In this document: positions 13,567 to 24,299 of the stretch, one piece after another
Position numbering within the stretch: position 1 is the first letter of the stretch
How the letters are laid out: the number at the start of each line of letters is the position of its first letter
Assembly: GCF_004010195.1 (NCBI RefSeq)
Contig: NC_057719.1
Coordinates: 71,812,055-71,876,054 of the forward strand
Length of the DNA stretch: 64,000 bases
From: Chiloscyllium plagiosum
Taxonomy: Eukaryota
Reading direction: 5' to 3'
Program-made: the position numbers and the translations under genes
Notes under the pieces: model-generated
Told to the model about the DNA's origin: nothing
What the model saw: only the letters and a program-made list of their open reading frames with translations
Database searches by the model: none

Positions 13567-14290
13567 TGTGAAGTGGGAGATGGCACGGGGTAAGGTGACA
13601 CTAGGCACACAGACACACAAGATGGCTGCTGAGCCAGAAGTTGGCCACTTGACACACAAGATGGCCACTAGACCACAACATGGAGAGGACAGCAGAGCAA
13701 ACATAGATACACCCTGGGCCCACCAGAATGCCAGCATATGCATTCACAACCGAGTTGATTAGTTTAAAGCAGGTGGGGGAGAGAATACACATGAATAGCG
13801 TATACTGCCTGCTGAAGTGTCTGGGTCCAGGCCAACACCTTTGATAGAAATGCTAACTGTTTGATACGGACTCAATACAAAGTGCTAATAGCCAGGGCTG
13901 CAATAATCGTCCTTCTCAGGAAGAGCCATTAGCACCCATTACTACAGCAATGGACTTCCACACAACATTGAAACTGACAATGTATGCACTGAAACTGACA
14001 ACGACCACGCTGACATTAACAAAGGAACTGACAATGACTACATCGAAACTATCAACGATTCTGCAATGTTTACAAAAAGCAAACTATGTTACAGAAACAA
14101 TAACCTCACCACTGACCTATTATATCACAAATTGTTTAAAAGTATGCACTCCGGGTTGAGAGAAGACTCGCAGCTGACCACTGTGCTGTTGGTGTCTTTC
14201 TCTCCCCGGAGCTCCGGTATTTCCTTGTGCAATAAACTCTGTTGTTGAACCCCAACTTTGACTCTGAGGATGACAGTTTTCCCCACAACA
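13567..14290 (+). repeat. ERV 5' LTR
   Basis: TG...CA ends (ending ccccacaaca at 14290). Two CAAGATGGC motifs, GAAACTGACAA repeats and AATAAA at 14231. Partial second copy at 20515-20747. Confidence 0.8.
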
Positions 14291-14292
14291 AC

Positions 14293-14345
14293 TGGCATTG
14301 CCAATAGAGTTCTTATTACTGGTGCCGTGGTCGAAGGCCACGACC
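14293..14345 (+). promoter_or_regulatory. PBS region of the ERV
   Basis: TGG begins 2 nt after the LTR end (tggcattgccaatagagt, possibly a decayed tRNA-Ser PBS). A second TGGTGCCGTG at 14320 matches the first 10 nt of a tRNA-His PBS. Confidence 0.5.
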
Positions 14346-14896
14346 GGGGAGCTGGGGTAAGAACCAATTTGTACCTGTAAAAGGACACAGCTTAAAAGAA
14401 ATACCGATTGTAATGCTGCAGTACTGAGTTAAAACATTTAAGTGCATGTCTGTGGAGGATAAGTGTTAACTGTATTACATGATGTAAGCATCTGCTGCTT
14501 GTGCTGAAACAGCCAGAGGACAAGGTAGTGCCTGTCTCAAAAACCCTGCCCTAAACCAGTTGTTAAGAGGGGTAGCCCCCCGACGCAAAGGTTGGGATTT
14601 GAAGTGGGAATTGAGGTGCCAAGGGCACTAGGAGTTGTGAATCACAAGTGGCAAAGTCAGGTAACATTGGACTCTGTAGGGGCAAACAACGCAGAGTCCA
14701 GTTAGAGTTTAAGTTGAAAGTTTGGTGCTGTTTGTACTTGTAATTTCCAATATGGTGAGGAAGAGGAGTTGATTACTCTGACCAAGAGCCAAACCTCAGT
14801 GGACTGCACGTTATCAAAGTGGGGAGCGTGGACACTGTGAGTAACCCCGACACCCTGTCAGTCTGTAGTAGAATGACAGAGCTTGAATATTGGCGA

Positions 14897-15212
14897 TAGC
14901 CGGAAGGGTAAAAAGTCCCACCGGTAGAGAGCACACTGGGCTAGAGGTAGGTTTCTGGGCCAGTCAGGAGGTGTTGGGTCAGTAGAGGTGGCCGGTAAGG
15001 TAGAGGAGCTCCAGTAGAGAGCACACCCTATTGAGCCAACATTCCCAATGACTGGTAGGTACCGACTAGTAGTGGTGGCCAGGAGGGTAGAGAAGTCCGA
15101 CCAGTCGAGGGCACACCTTGCTAGGAGGCTTCCACAACAGTATGGACGCTGCTGGGACAGTATTATTGGCCAGGGGTAGAGAGGTTCCCACTGGTTAGGA
15201 ACACTTTACTAA
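14897..15212 (+). promoter_or_regulatory. Four tandem structured leader repeats (putative packaging/dimerisation hairpins)
   Basis: Units with a period of about 90 nt: GGT, purine bulge, stem, ACC[G/A]GT or ACTGGT loop, stem, ACAC. They end just before the putative gag ATG at 15213. Confidence 0.6.
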
Positions 15213-15622
15213 ATGGCAGATCAAAGTTTTAGGGTTCCGTCATACAGAAATACAAGGCAGGCAGACAAGAGTTGACAGAGCAAATGAAGAAAAGTGGTTG
15301 GGATCCATCCCAGACATTAGCACAACAGGGAGAGTGGATAGATAAACAGAAACGGAATAATACTAAAAAGATAGGAGTAATGTTAGTGTACCGATTAGCA
15401 GGCCTAATTAGACAAGTGAGTGCCTCCATGAGTAGATGGAGAAAGGACCAGGAACAAGTTAAAGAGGTGAAGGACAGAATTCAAGAGTTAGATCAAGGAA
15501 CAATGTAAAATACAAGAGCCACTGCAAAAGAATAGCACACATAGAAGCAGTGTGCTGGGAAAAGCATGGGGGACCCCAAACACCACCCTGAACCACGGGA
15601 ATCCCAAGGTCAGTGGAACTGA
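15213..15622 (+). pseudogene. gag: ERV gag remnant (N-terminal part fused to NC zinc knuckle; capsid apparently deleted)
   Basis: ORF 15272-15508, then SHCKRIAHIEAVCWEKHG (degenerate CX2CX4HX4C) at about 15517-15570. Confidence 0.7.
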
Positions 15623-18600
15623 CAACCAGCTGCCCCCATTCGTGAGGATAAGGGAGGGGGGAAAATTTACGTGCCCACAGTAATAGGAGGGAGGACATGT
15701 GAAATGCTAGTAGACACCGGAGCGGCTGTATCCATCACAAACTTACCCTTACAACTCACAAATAAAATGATTCACTTAACTGGGGTAGGAGGGGATAAAA
15801 CACCAGTTTACCTCAGCAAAACTACCCTCGTAGAAATAAACTATATCCCCATGAAATTCGATGTGTGCCAAAATAACGAGGGCACCATAATGGGCAATGA
15901 TCTCATGAGAGAATATAATGTTCTTATCAATTGTGCAAAAGGGAAATTTTTTTGGCTCAGAGAGGTTGGTCGAAAGACTGAGATTGGGAAACTTACATCT
16001 TGAAACTATTAAAGTGGCCACAGTCACCAGTAGGGACTGGAACCTCGAAAAGGGGGGATTCGGAGCCACCTGCACCTCTATCCTCGGAGCCTGGGCAGAA
16101 ACAAAGTTAGATACAGGTCTAGTTAACATAGACCCGCTAAGGGTTCCCGGGCCAGAGCATAAGCCCCACCGACAATACTCAACAAAATCTGAAGCAGGAA
16201 AAGCAGTTGTGGAGATAGTGCAAGGACTAATGAAACAGGGAATCCTGAAAGCACCCACAAGTACAACGTGGCCAATAATAAAGGCTGATGGGAGCTATAG
16301 GCTCACCATTGATTATACAGGACTAAATAAGGTCACACCCAAATTGCACCCCATTGCAGCAGACCCCTCCACCCATTTTAAACAGCTTAGCCCCCGAACA
16401 CAAAATCTTTACTGTTTTAGACATAGCCAATGGATTCTGGTCTGTCCCATTAACATCCTGAGTCCCAGAATAAATTTGTTTTTACAGTAAGGGTCAGGCA
16501 GTACGTGGACTCGCCTGCCACAAGTGTTCCACAACAGTCCCATTATTTTTCACAGTATGATGAGTGACATTCTGAACAGAACAGATTTACCAGAGGGTAG
16601 CACTGCCTTCCAATATGTAGATAATATCTAATTGCCTCAGAGTCTGAGTCGGGACACCAGGAAGCCTTATGTCTAGTATTACAGGAATTGGCAACCGTAG
16701 GGTTAAAAGTCAGCTCCACAAAGGCACAAATTGGCAAAGCACAAGTCTTATTCCTGGAACACCTCATAGCCCAGGGACTCAAAGAAATGCCCAATGACCT
16801 CAAGAAGGGAATCCAACAGATGTCACAACCTACCACTGTCAGGGGGGTCAGAAAGGTCTTGGGGCTCTTCAACCACAGTCGGAGCTTTATACCCAAGTCC
16901 GCAAAATTGGCTGAACTGATCCACACTAAATACACCCTAGTAGAAATGCTAAACAGAAGGAAACTGAGGGCCATCTCCAATTTGAGAAGGGCAAAGTGGG
17001 AGGCAGTTCTTTTGCCCCCAAGTCAGTCCATGGTAATAGTTAGGGATATGGGAGAAAACCCAGCTGAGAGAATTCTAGACACAGGGGAACCGCACAACTG
17101 TGGGGATATAGATGGCCATGAGATAGAGGGAGAGTAAAAGACACAGCCGAGGAGACCCTCTTCATGTACAGGTCACCAAAATACATAACAAGGTCACCCT
17201 GAACAGGATGGGCTGTGGTAAATGATAAGTTAGAAACAGTTATACCCATAAGGATTGATGGAAGTCAATCCACACAGGCAGCAGAACTGGTAGCACTTAG
17301 CTAAGCACTGGAACTAGCAAAAGGAAAAATCGTGAATATATATACAAAAAGTGAATATGCCTTCGATGTTGTTCATGACTATATAGTGGCATGGGGCAGA
17401 AGAGGGTTCACCACCACAGGGGACGCCCTATCAGACACCAAATAAGAATTCAGGAACTATTGCATGCCAGTGAACAGCCAAAGGAGGCTGCAGTAATAAA
17501 AATAAAGGCCCATGAAAAGGAGCCAGCAAAAGAGAGCCCCAGGTTGGCTCCAATTCAATGGAAACCAGTCAACAGACCGAGCAGCTCAGGAAGCCCTGGA
17601 ACAAGAAGCCATTGACAAGACTGCAATAGTAATATTGAATTAGCAAAAGATGCTATCCAAATTCAGCACCTATAGGAGGACTCCCCACAGGAAGTGAGAT
17701 AGCAATGGGAACTGCAGGGGGCATTCAAAGGGGAGGATAGTATCTGAAGGCAAGCAGGCAAGGTGGTAGCACCAGCATGTATACAGAATACATTGCTTGA
17801 ACTGCATCACAAGCTCTTCCATACAGGTAGAGAGGCCATGATAGCAAGCCTAGGGAGAGAGTGGTGGTGGAAGGGAATTGGTAGAGATGTGGCCAAGTAT
17901 TGCCACAAGCGCATGGTTTGTGCACAACATAACCCAGGGAGACCCATAAAAGTTAGGATGGGACACCAGCCCAAACCGAGGGGAACCTTGGAACATCTTC
18001 AGATGGATTTTATAGGGCCACTACCACCTTGCCCTGGGAAAACATACTGCCTGGTCATCATAGACCAATTCACCCGGTGGATAGAAACATTCCCGACCAA
18101 AAGCTGCACTGCGACCACTGTAACCAGAATATTAGCGGAGGAGGTAATCCCTAGGTGGGGAGTATCCCTCCAGATTGACTCTGACCAAGGCACGCATTTT
18201 ACAGGAAAAGTCATGAAGACTGTCTGCCAATTACTCGGCATTAGACAAAAATTTCACATTCCCTATCACCCCCCAGAGCTCAGGGATGGGAAAGAGAATG
18301 AATAGAACGCTTAAAAATACTGTAGCTAAAACCTCAGGCAGAACATGGGCTGAAGTGCTGCCAGCCATACTATTGAGATTAACAGCCACCACGAATCAGG
18401 CGACCGGGCTAACACCATATGAATTAATGACCAGGCGAGCAATGCAATTGCCAGTGACAATCATCACAGGTTAAACTGATGTGTGTCCACTAAAGGACAA
18501 AATTCGGTGGTAAGTGGTAGAATTAAGTGTCCAATTGAAAGGGTTGTGGTAATTGTTAAACAGGACAAAAAGGACAAGACAAGGGAACTCGAAATCTTCC

Positions 18601-18800
18601 CTGAGGTCCCAGCAGCAGGAAGCCGTGTCCTGGTGCGAGCCCTGCCCGACAAATCAGGCTTTGCCCCAAAATGGAATGGGCCATATGACGTGGTAAGAAG
18701 TGGGGACACCTGTACCTGCATAGATATTAAAGGGAAAGCACATGGAAGCACTGGACCCAACTAAAACTATTTAAAGATGCCAATGACCAAATGGCTGTCA
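15623..18800 (+). pseudogene. pol: ERV pro-pol remnant (protease, RT, partial tether, RNase H, integrase)
   Basis: MLVDTGAAVS; WPIIKADGSYRLTIDYTGLN; LDIANGFWS; QYVDNI; STQAAELVAL and VNIYTKSEYAF; HHKLFH..C..C; HLQMDFIGPLP; IDSDQGTHF; KWNGPY. Many frameshifts. Confidence 0.93.
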
Positions 18801-20270
18801 TTGACCATTCCCCAGGTGCAGACAGGAATGGTGGACAAGATGGTCATCCCAGGGGGAGTACCGAAAACACAACAGAACAAACCACCCAGAAGTATGACTG
18901 CATCTCCTGATGAAAGCAAAGACTTTGGCTGCAAAATGTATAAACCTGGATGTATTTCACTGTGGTTAAGTGGTGTGACTGTCGGGAGCATGTCAGGATT
19001 TGAAGATAACCTCTTCTATGAAACCTACCTAAGTTTACATGGGAACCAAACTGTCTGCTGGTCACTGGCGCTATCAGTGGAATCCCTATTTGTGACTTAT
19101 CCAGTGTGGACCCCTCACGACCTGTATCCAGTAGACACCTTGAGAGCAGGGGCAGAGTGTAAGGGGCAGATAGGGAAATATAAATGGGGACTCCAGGGTA
19201 GATACGTGCAGCTGGGCAGGACCACTGGCCCATGGGCTCGGATCCCTCAGCCTAGAGACGGGAAGCCCCATTTAAAACCCAGTAATTACCCACTCTGTTT
19301 CACAGGATAGGTATGGGGATGCATTTATGCCCTGGTTCCCAAAAATGGCTCATGCGTCCAGACACAGTGCACTTATTAGTGCTGCACTGTCACCAGGAGA
19401 CAGTTTACCTGCACCTTCAGCGAATGTGACCGCGGGCAGACAATTCATATGTTGTCAGTGCAATGGCACCCATGTCAGCTCTGCCACATGGACGTACCCG
19501 TTCGATACTTACCAGCTGGGTGGGGCACCTGGGGGATCGGGGTGACATAGGTTGACAGACAGATGGGAGGATGGGACAATGTATGTTATCAAGCAGCAGA
19601 GGGATTTGTTTTCCTATTTAAGGGGACTTATGTGACAGACACCCCTGACCTCCCAAACCTGTTCGCAGTAGGGACAATTGCACCCCTTACTGTACCATGC
19701 CACAATGGGGGACATGTTCAGAGAAGGATAGGAACCCGCTCCTTCAGTCAGGAGTTCTGTGTTGACTGGCAAGTCCCCGTGAGTTTGGGGTCATCACTGA
19801 GATATGGATTCTTGGGATCTCTGTCTTTGGAGGGGCGCAGCAGGGGTCGTCAGCGCTAAAAACTGAAATTACCTTGTATGTGGCCTGTATCTTAGGCAAT
19901 AATACTTCAAAAGCCCTAGAAGCAATTAATGCAGAGCTGGCTGAACTCAGACTCTACACAAAGCAGAAACATCACACAGTGGATTATCAATTAGCACAAG
20001 CAAAGGAGAGTTTGTACGATTATTGGTGACAATTGTATCGTCCATGTTATTGATGCCGCTTATAACATTATAGAAGCTATCAGGAATATCTGAGACCAGC
20101 AAGATAGTTTTCGACAGGGAGCCACAATTACAGACAGCTGGCTAAATTGGTTGATAGGGAAATCTTGGAGACCCAATTTGGCACATGGGATAGTTCTCCT
20201 CATTGCACTCGTGTTAGTATTCTGTGTAGGCCTTGATATTTAAAGCTCTGCTGTAAAGCACTACTGACAT
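18777..20270 (+). pseudogene. env: ERV env remnant
   Basis: Signal-like CISLWLSGVTVG and Cys-rich SU fragments. TM region: NNTSKALEAINAELAELRLYTKQ..VDYQLAQ, VCTIIGDNCIV, then the anchor GIVLLIALVLVFCVG. Confidence 0.85.
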
Positions 20271-20280
20271 GAACTGTGCT

Positions 20281-20517
20281 AGATTAGATTAGATTCCTTA
20301 CAGTGTGGAAACAGGCCCTTCGGCCCAACGAGTCCACATCGACCCTCCAAAGAGCAACCCACCCAGACCCATTCCCCTACACCTAACACTACGGACAATT
20401 TAGCATGGCCAATTCACCTGACCTGCACATCTTTGGACTGTGGGAGAAAACCAGAGCACCCAGAGGAAACCCACGCAGAGACAGGGAGAATGTGCAAACT
20501 CCACACAGACAGTTGCC
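20281..20517 (-). mobile_element. HE1/V-SINE, 5'-truncated
   Basis: (AGATT)n tail and V-domain sequence. It replaces the expected PPT and start of U3. Confidence 0.9.
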
Positions 20518-20747
20518 GCTGAGCCATAAATTGGCCACTTGACACACAAGATGGCCGCCAGACCACAATATGGAGAGAGACAGCAGAGCAAACACAGATA
20601 CGACCTGGGGCCATCAGAATGCGAGCACAATGCACTCACAACCTAGTTAATTAGTTTAAGGCAGGTGGGGGAAAGAATAGACATGAGTAGCGTATACTGC
20701 CCGCCGAAGTGTCTGGGTCCAGCCAACACTTTTGATAGAAATGCTAA
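20515..20747 (+). repeat. ERV 3' LTR fragment (U3)
   Basis: About 230 bp matching 13627-13857, with roughly 26 differences by hand count. Confidence 0.9.
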
Positions 20748-20849
20748 ATTGCCCGTAGTGTTAGGTGTAGGGGAATGGGTCTGGGTGGATTGCGCTTTGG
20801 CGGGTCGGTGTGGACTTGTTGGGCCGAAGGGTCTGTAATCTAATCTAAA
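20741..20849 (+). mobile_element. HE1/V-SINE 3' fragment
   Basis: atgctaaattgcccgtagtgttagg...aatctaatcta. Confidence 0.85.
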
Positions 20850-20850
20850 C

Positions 20851-21210
20851 TTGCCCACATCTGATTTCAGGCTCACTGGTCTACAGTTCCCTGACTTTTC
20901 TTCCCCACCGCATTAGCCAACCTCCAGTCTTCCGGCACCTCACGTGTGACTATCAATTATACAAAAATGTCAGTAAGAGGCCAAGCAATCACTTCTCTAG
21001 CTTCCCACAGTGTTCTAGTGTACACCTGATTAGGTTCTGGGGATTTATCCACTTTTATGTGTTTCATGACATCCAATACCACCTCCTCTGTAATATGGAT
21101 ATTTTTCAACATGTCACCATTTATTTCCCCGCATTCTATATCTTCCCTGCTCTTCTCCATGGTAAACACTGATGCAAAATATTTGTTTAGTATCTCCCCC
21201 AAATCCTGTG
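20851..21210 (-). mobile_element. Continuation of the CR1 that begins at 11844
   Basis: GEILNKYFASVFT...IKVDKSPEP..YTRTLWEAREVIA. Confidence 0.9.
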
Positions 21211-22315
21211 GCAGAGATTCGAACATACAGCTCTGCCAACCATCCAACCCAAACTTTGGGTCCACTACGTGGATGACAGCTTTGTCATCACTAAGCGAAA
21301 TAAATCCGAGGAAACCTTCAAGACCATCAATAATACCCTTACTGGCATAAAGTTCACCAAAGAGGAGGAAAACAACAACAAACTGCCATTCCTAGATGTC
21401 ACAGTAGAGCGAACAGTCAATGGGGAACTTCAAACCAGCGTCTACAGGAAAACAACATATACAGACCAAATATTGAACTACAGAAGCAATCATCCCAATA
21501 CCCACAAATGAAGCTGCATCAAAACTTTATTTCAATGAGCCACCACACACTGCAGCACAGACGAACTACGCAGAGCAGAGGAAAATCACCTCGTGTATTC
21601 AAAAAGAATGGGTACCCAATGAACACAGTCCGCCAATTTCTCAGCAACAAACCCAAATAAACAGACAAAACACATCCAGAAACCCTAGCCACTCTCTCCT
21701 ACAACAAAGACATCTCAGAAATGACTGCCAGACTACTCAGACCCCTTGGCATCATGGTAGCCCACAAGCCCACCAACACACTAAAACAGCAGCTAATGAA
21801 CTTGAAAAACCCTATGCAGATAACAAGCAAAACTAATGCCATTTACAAAATACCGTGCATTGTACTAACAGGCAGAAAACTAGCCACCAGGATACATGAA
21901 TATCAACCAGCCACAAAAAGACATGACCCTCTCTCACTAGTATTCTCACATACGGATAAGAAAGGACACCACTTCAACTGGGACAACACATCCATCCTAG
22001 GACAAGCCAAATAAAGATACGCACAAGAATTCCTAGAAGCATGGCATTCCAACTGGAACTCTATCAACAAACACATCGAGTTAGACCCCATCTACCACTC
22101 CCTGAGAAAAAGAACAGGAAATGACATCACCAACCCAAAGAAACCCAAACATATAAATAGAAAGCAGAAATCATCAGCAGTGCTTTGCCTGGAGGCCCAC
22201 TGAAGATATTACCTAGTAGGGTGATGAAACGTCTGGAAATGAACCTTCCAGCTCAGTAAGCAAACCTACATTCAGAACCTCAACCTGAGCTACAAATCTT
22301 CTCAAAGCTCGCTAA
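21211..22315 (+). mobile_element. Penelope-like element, 5'-truncated (RT C-terminus, GIY-YIG, pLTR)
   Basis: PKLWVHYVDDSFVI, KLPFLDV, TSVYRKTTYTDQILNYRSNHP, NAIYKIPC..TGRKLATRIHE. The 3' pLTR contains a hammerhead core. Confidence 0.92.
22197..22236 (+). ncRNA. Minimal type I hammerhead ribozyme motif in the Penelope pLTR
   Basis: CCA-CUGAAGA-U-AUUACC(uaguag)GGUGAU-GAAAC-GUC^UGG. Stem I is CCA/UGG, stem II has 6-7 bp, and stem III is the palindrome ACGU. Confidence 0.8.
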
Positions 22316-23880
22316 GGCCACTTGCATTGAAATAAATTCAGTTTAATTTATCAGTTCTACCTTGTTCTCTGCTTTGTCCCTGCCTGCCCTGACTGTTTGA
22401 CTTGTTCCTTTTCCCAGCTGTACCAGTCTCAGATTGATCTCTTTCCTCAATTTCCATTCCCCCCCTGCCCTCCCCCCGCCCCAGCTTACTAATTTAAATC
22501 CTCCCAAGCAGCTCTCGCAAATCTCCCTGCTAATATATTAGTCCCCTTCCAAATCAGGTGCAATCTGGCCTTCTTGTACCGGTTGCTTCTACTCAAGAAG
22601 AGATTCCAATGATCCAAAAATGTGAACCCTTCTCCCCTGCACCAACCCCTCAGCCACTCTTTCATCTGCTCTCTCCTCCTATTCCTACCTTTACTAGCTC
22701 GTAGCCCAGGGTGTAATCCAGATATTGCTACACTCGAGGACCTCCTTTTTACGTGTATATATATTTATTGAAAAAGATTTCCCTTTATTTTAGAAAAACA
22801 CAAAGCAAAAAAAATTATAAAGTACAAAAGTACAAAAATGTAGAAATGATATTGTACTGTTATATTACAGTAATGTTAGCCATAACTGCCTATTATTTTC
22901 CAAGATACAGTTGACTTATATTTACTTAACTTAAACCAAATTTGCACAACTCAAATTAAATGAAATAACTAAATTAAATTACAGTACACAAAAATTAAAT
23001 TACACTACATTGTACTATATTACATCAGTCCACTCCTCTCACCTCCATCAAGACTCCCATCCACGGGAGCAACAGTGATTATACACGTATTTACTAGGCC
23101 TCCCGCCAGGGTCCCTGGACTGTCATATGAAGCCCTTGTGGTGATACAAAGGCCCTAATCAATACCGTTGACAGATACATGTCCATACAACTTAGAAAGT
23201 GCCGCCAGGTCTTATAAAATCGGTCCATTCTGTGGTGAGCCATACTTGTCAGATAATCCTGAGGGACATGCCCCGTCACAACCTCTTCCCGTGCTTATCC
23301 AGAGAGGGAAGATTCGGTAGTGCATTCGGTAGTACACCCCCAGCTCTTGTAAATTCATATTGCCTCTAACTGCAGGTCCAAACGATCCATGCGATCTGGT
23401 AGGATTTACAACCAAAGACACTGCAGACATAATCATCAGTAACATGGAAACTCTCCCTAAACCCCCACATCTGACAGGAAGAGCAGATCACTCTACTAAA
23501 GTCTATCTTTGCTCCTTCACAATCTATAGACCAAGAAAATACTACTGTCTTTTTGCTCTAAGAAACAGTGCTGTAGGCTAGCTGAGTATTTATGGTTTAT
23601 ATTTTTAAAATTTAATCAAGAGACAGATCCCAATAAAACATAATCAAGAAAGAACACTCTCTACTCACTACTGTAGACTTACAGCAGGGTTACACATTAA
23701 AATTATGCACATATCTGTTCCTGTGCTGTGAGATCTCCCACACAGATTCCTCCTAGATGGACTCCAATGTCAGAGATGCATGAACTCAAACAGCAAAGGC
23801 AGTAACTGTGCAGATTTCTTTCTCTCTCTCCCTCACTGACCTTGTGCTAGCTGCCTTTTGTCTGTTTTTCTCCTTTTAAA
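22316..23880 (-). mobile_element. CR1 5' portion (ORF1 esterase region and 5' UTR), interrupted by an L1 fragment
   Basis: Minus translation near 22560-22630, GFTFLDHWNLF..RYKKARLHL, resembles the CR1 ORF1 SGNH esterase. Confidence 0.6.
22746..23300 (-). mobile_element. L1-clade LINE 3' fragment
   Basis: ORF 23094-23279 (HVPQDYLTSMAHH..FYKTWRHFL..LIRAFV) parallels the C-terminus of the L1 at 30104-30295. The 3' UTR is T-rich. Confidence 0.8.
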
Positions 23881-24299
23881 AGTGACTCAAGACAGATAAT
23901 GTCTGTTCCAAAGTCTGACTCGGTTCAATTTTACTATATAGTAAATATTTGTGTCTTCAATGATAAATATTCAACACAGTGTTATAAACTCTGGAGAGAC
24001 CAAAAGCAGTTAAAGTTATTTGAACATGCAATGTTTGACTGAAAGGATCAATTGACAAGATTAAGATTTCGGACTTTTATTTAACTCAAACTAAAGGTAA
24101 CATTGACTGAACATTGTTTTACTAAGTAGGTGAAACTTTAAATTATAGGAAGTCCCCAATTACAACAACCAATAATCTCCCTCCATGATTACATTTTATT
24201 CTCTGTCTTAAGTAAGCACTCTAGTCTACAAGCAAAGGTCCAAAGAGGTTCTCAGTTCCCCAGGATGTATTTGTCTACTTTTCTTTTCCCAATTGGCTA

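Larger units (their letters stand above)
13567..20747 (+). mobile_element. Endogenous retrovirus (decayed provirus, LTR-gag-pro-pol-env-partial LTR)
   Basis: Retroviral domain order PR-RT-tether-RNaseH-IN followed by an env with an ISD-like motif and TM anchor. Two LTR copies: 13627-13857 is similar to 20515-20747. Confidence 0.93.

Noticed and set aside
13950..14159. Accessory ORF in the LTR U3
   Set aside because: The Thr/Leu-rich peptide is simply the translation of the AAACTGACAA repeats.
14897..15212. CRISPR-like repeat-spacer appearance
   Set aside because: The repeats are degenerate, lie in a vertebrate ERV leader and have no cas genes nearby.
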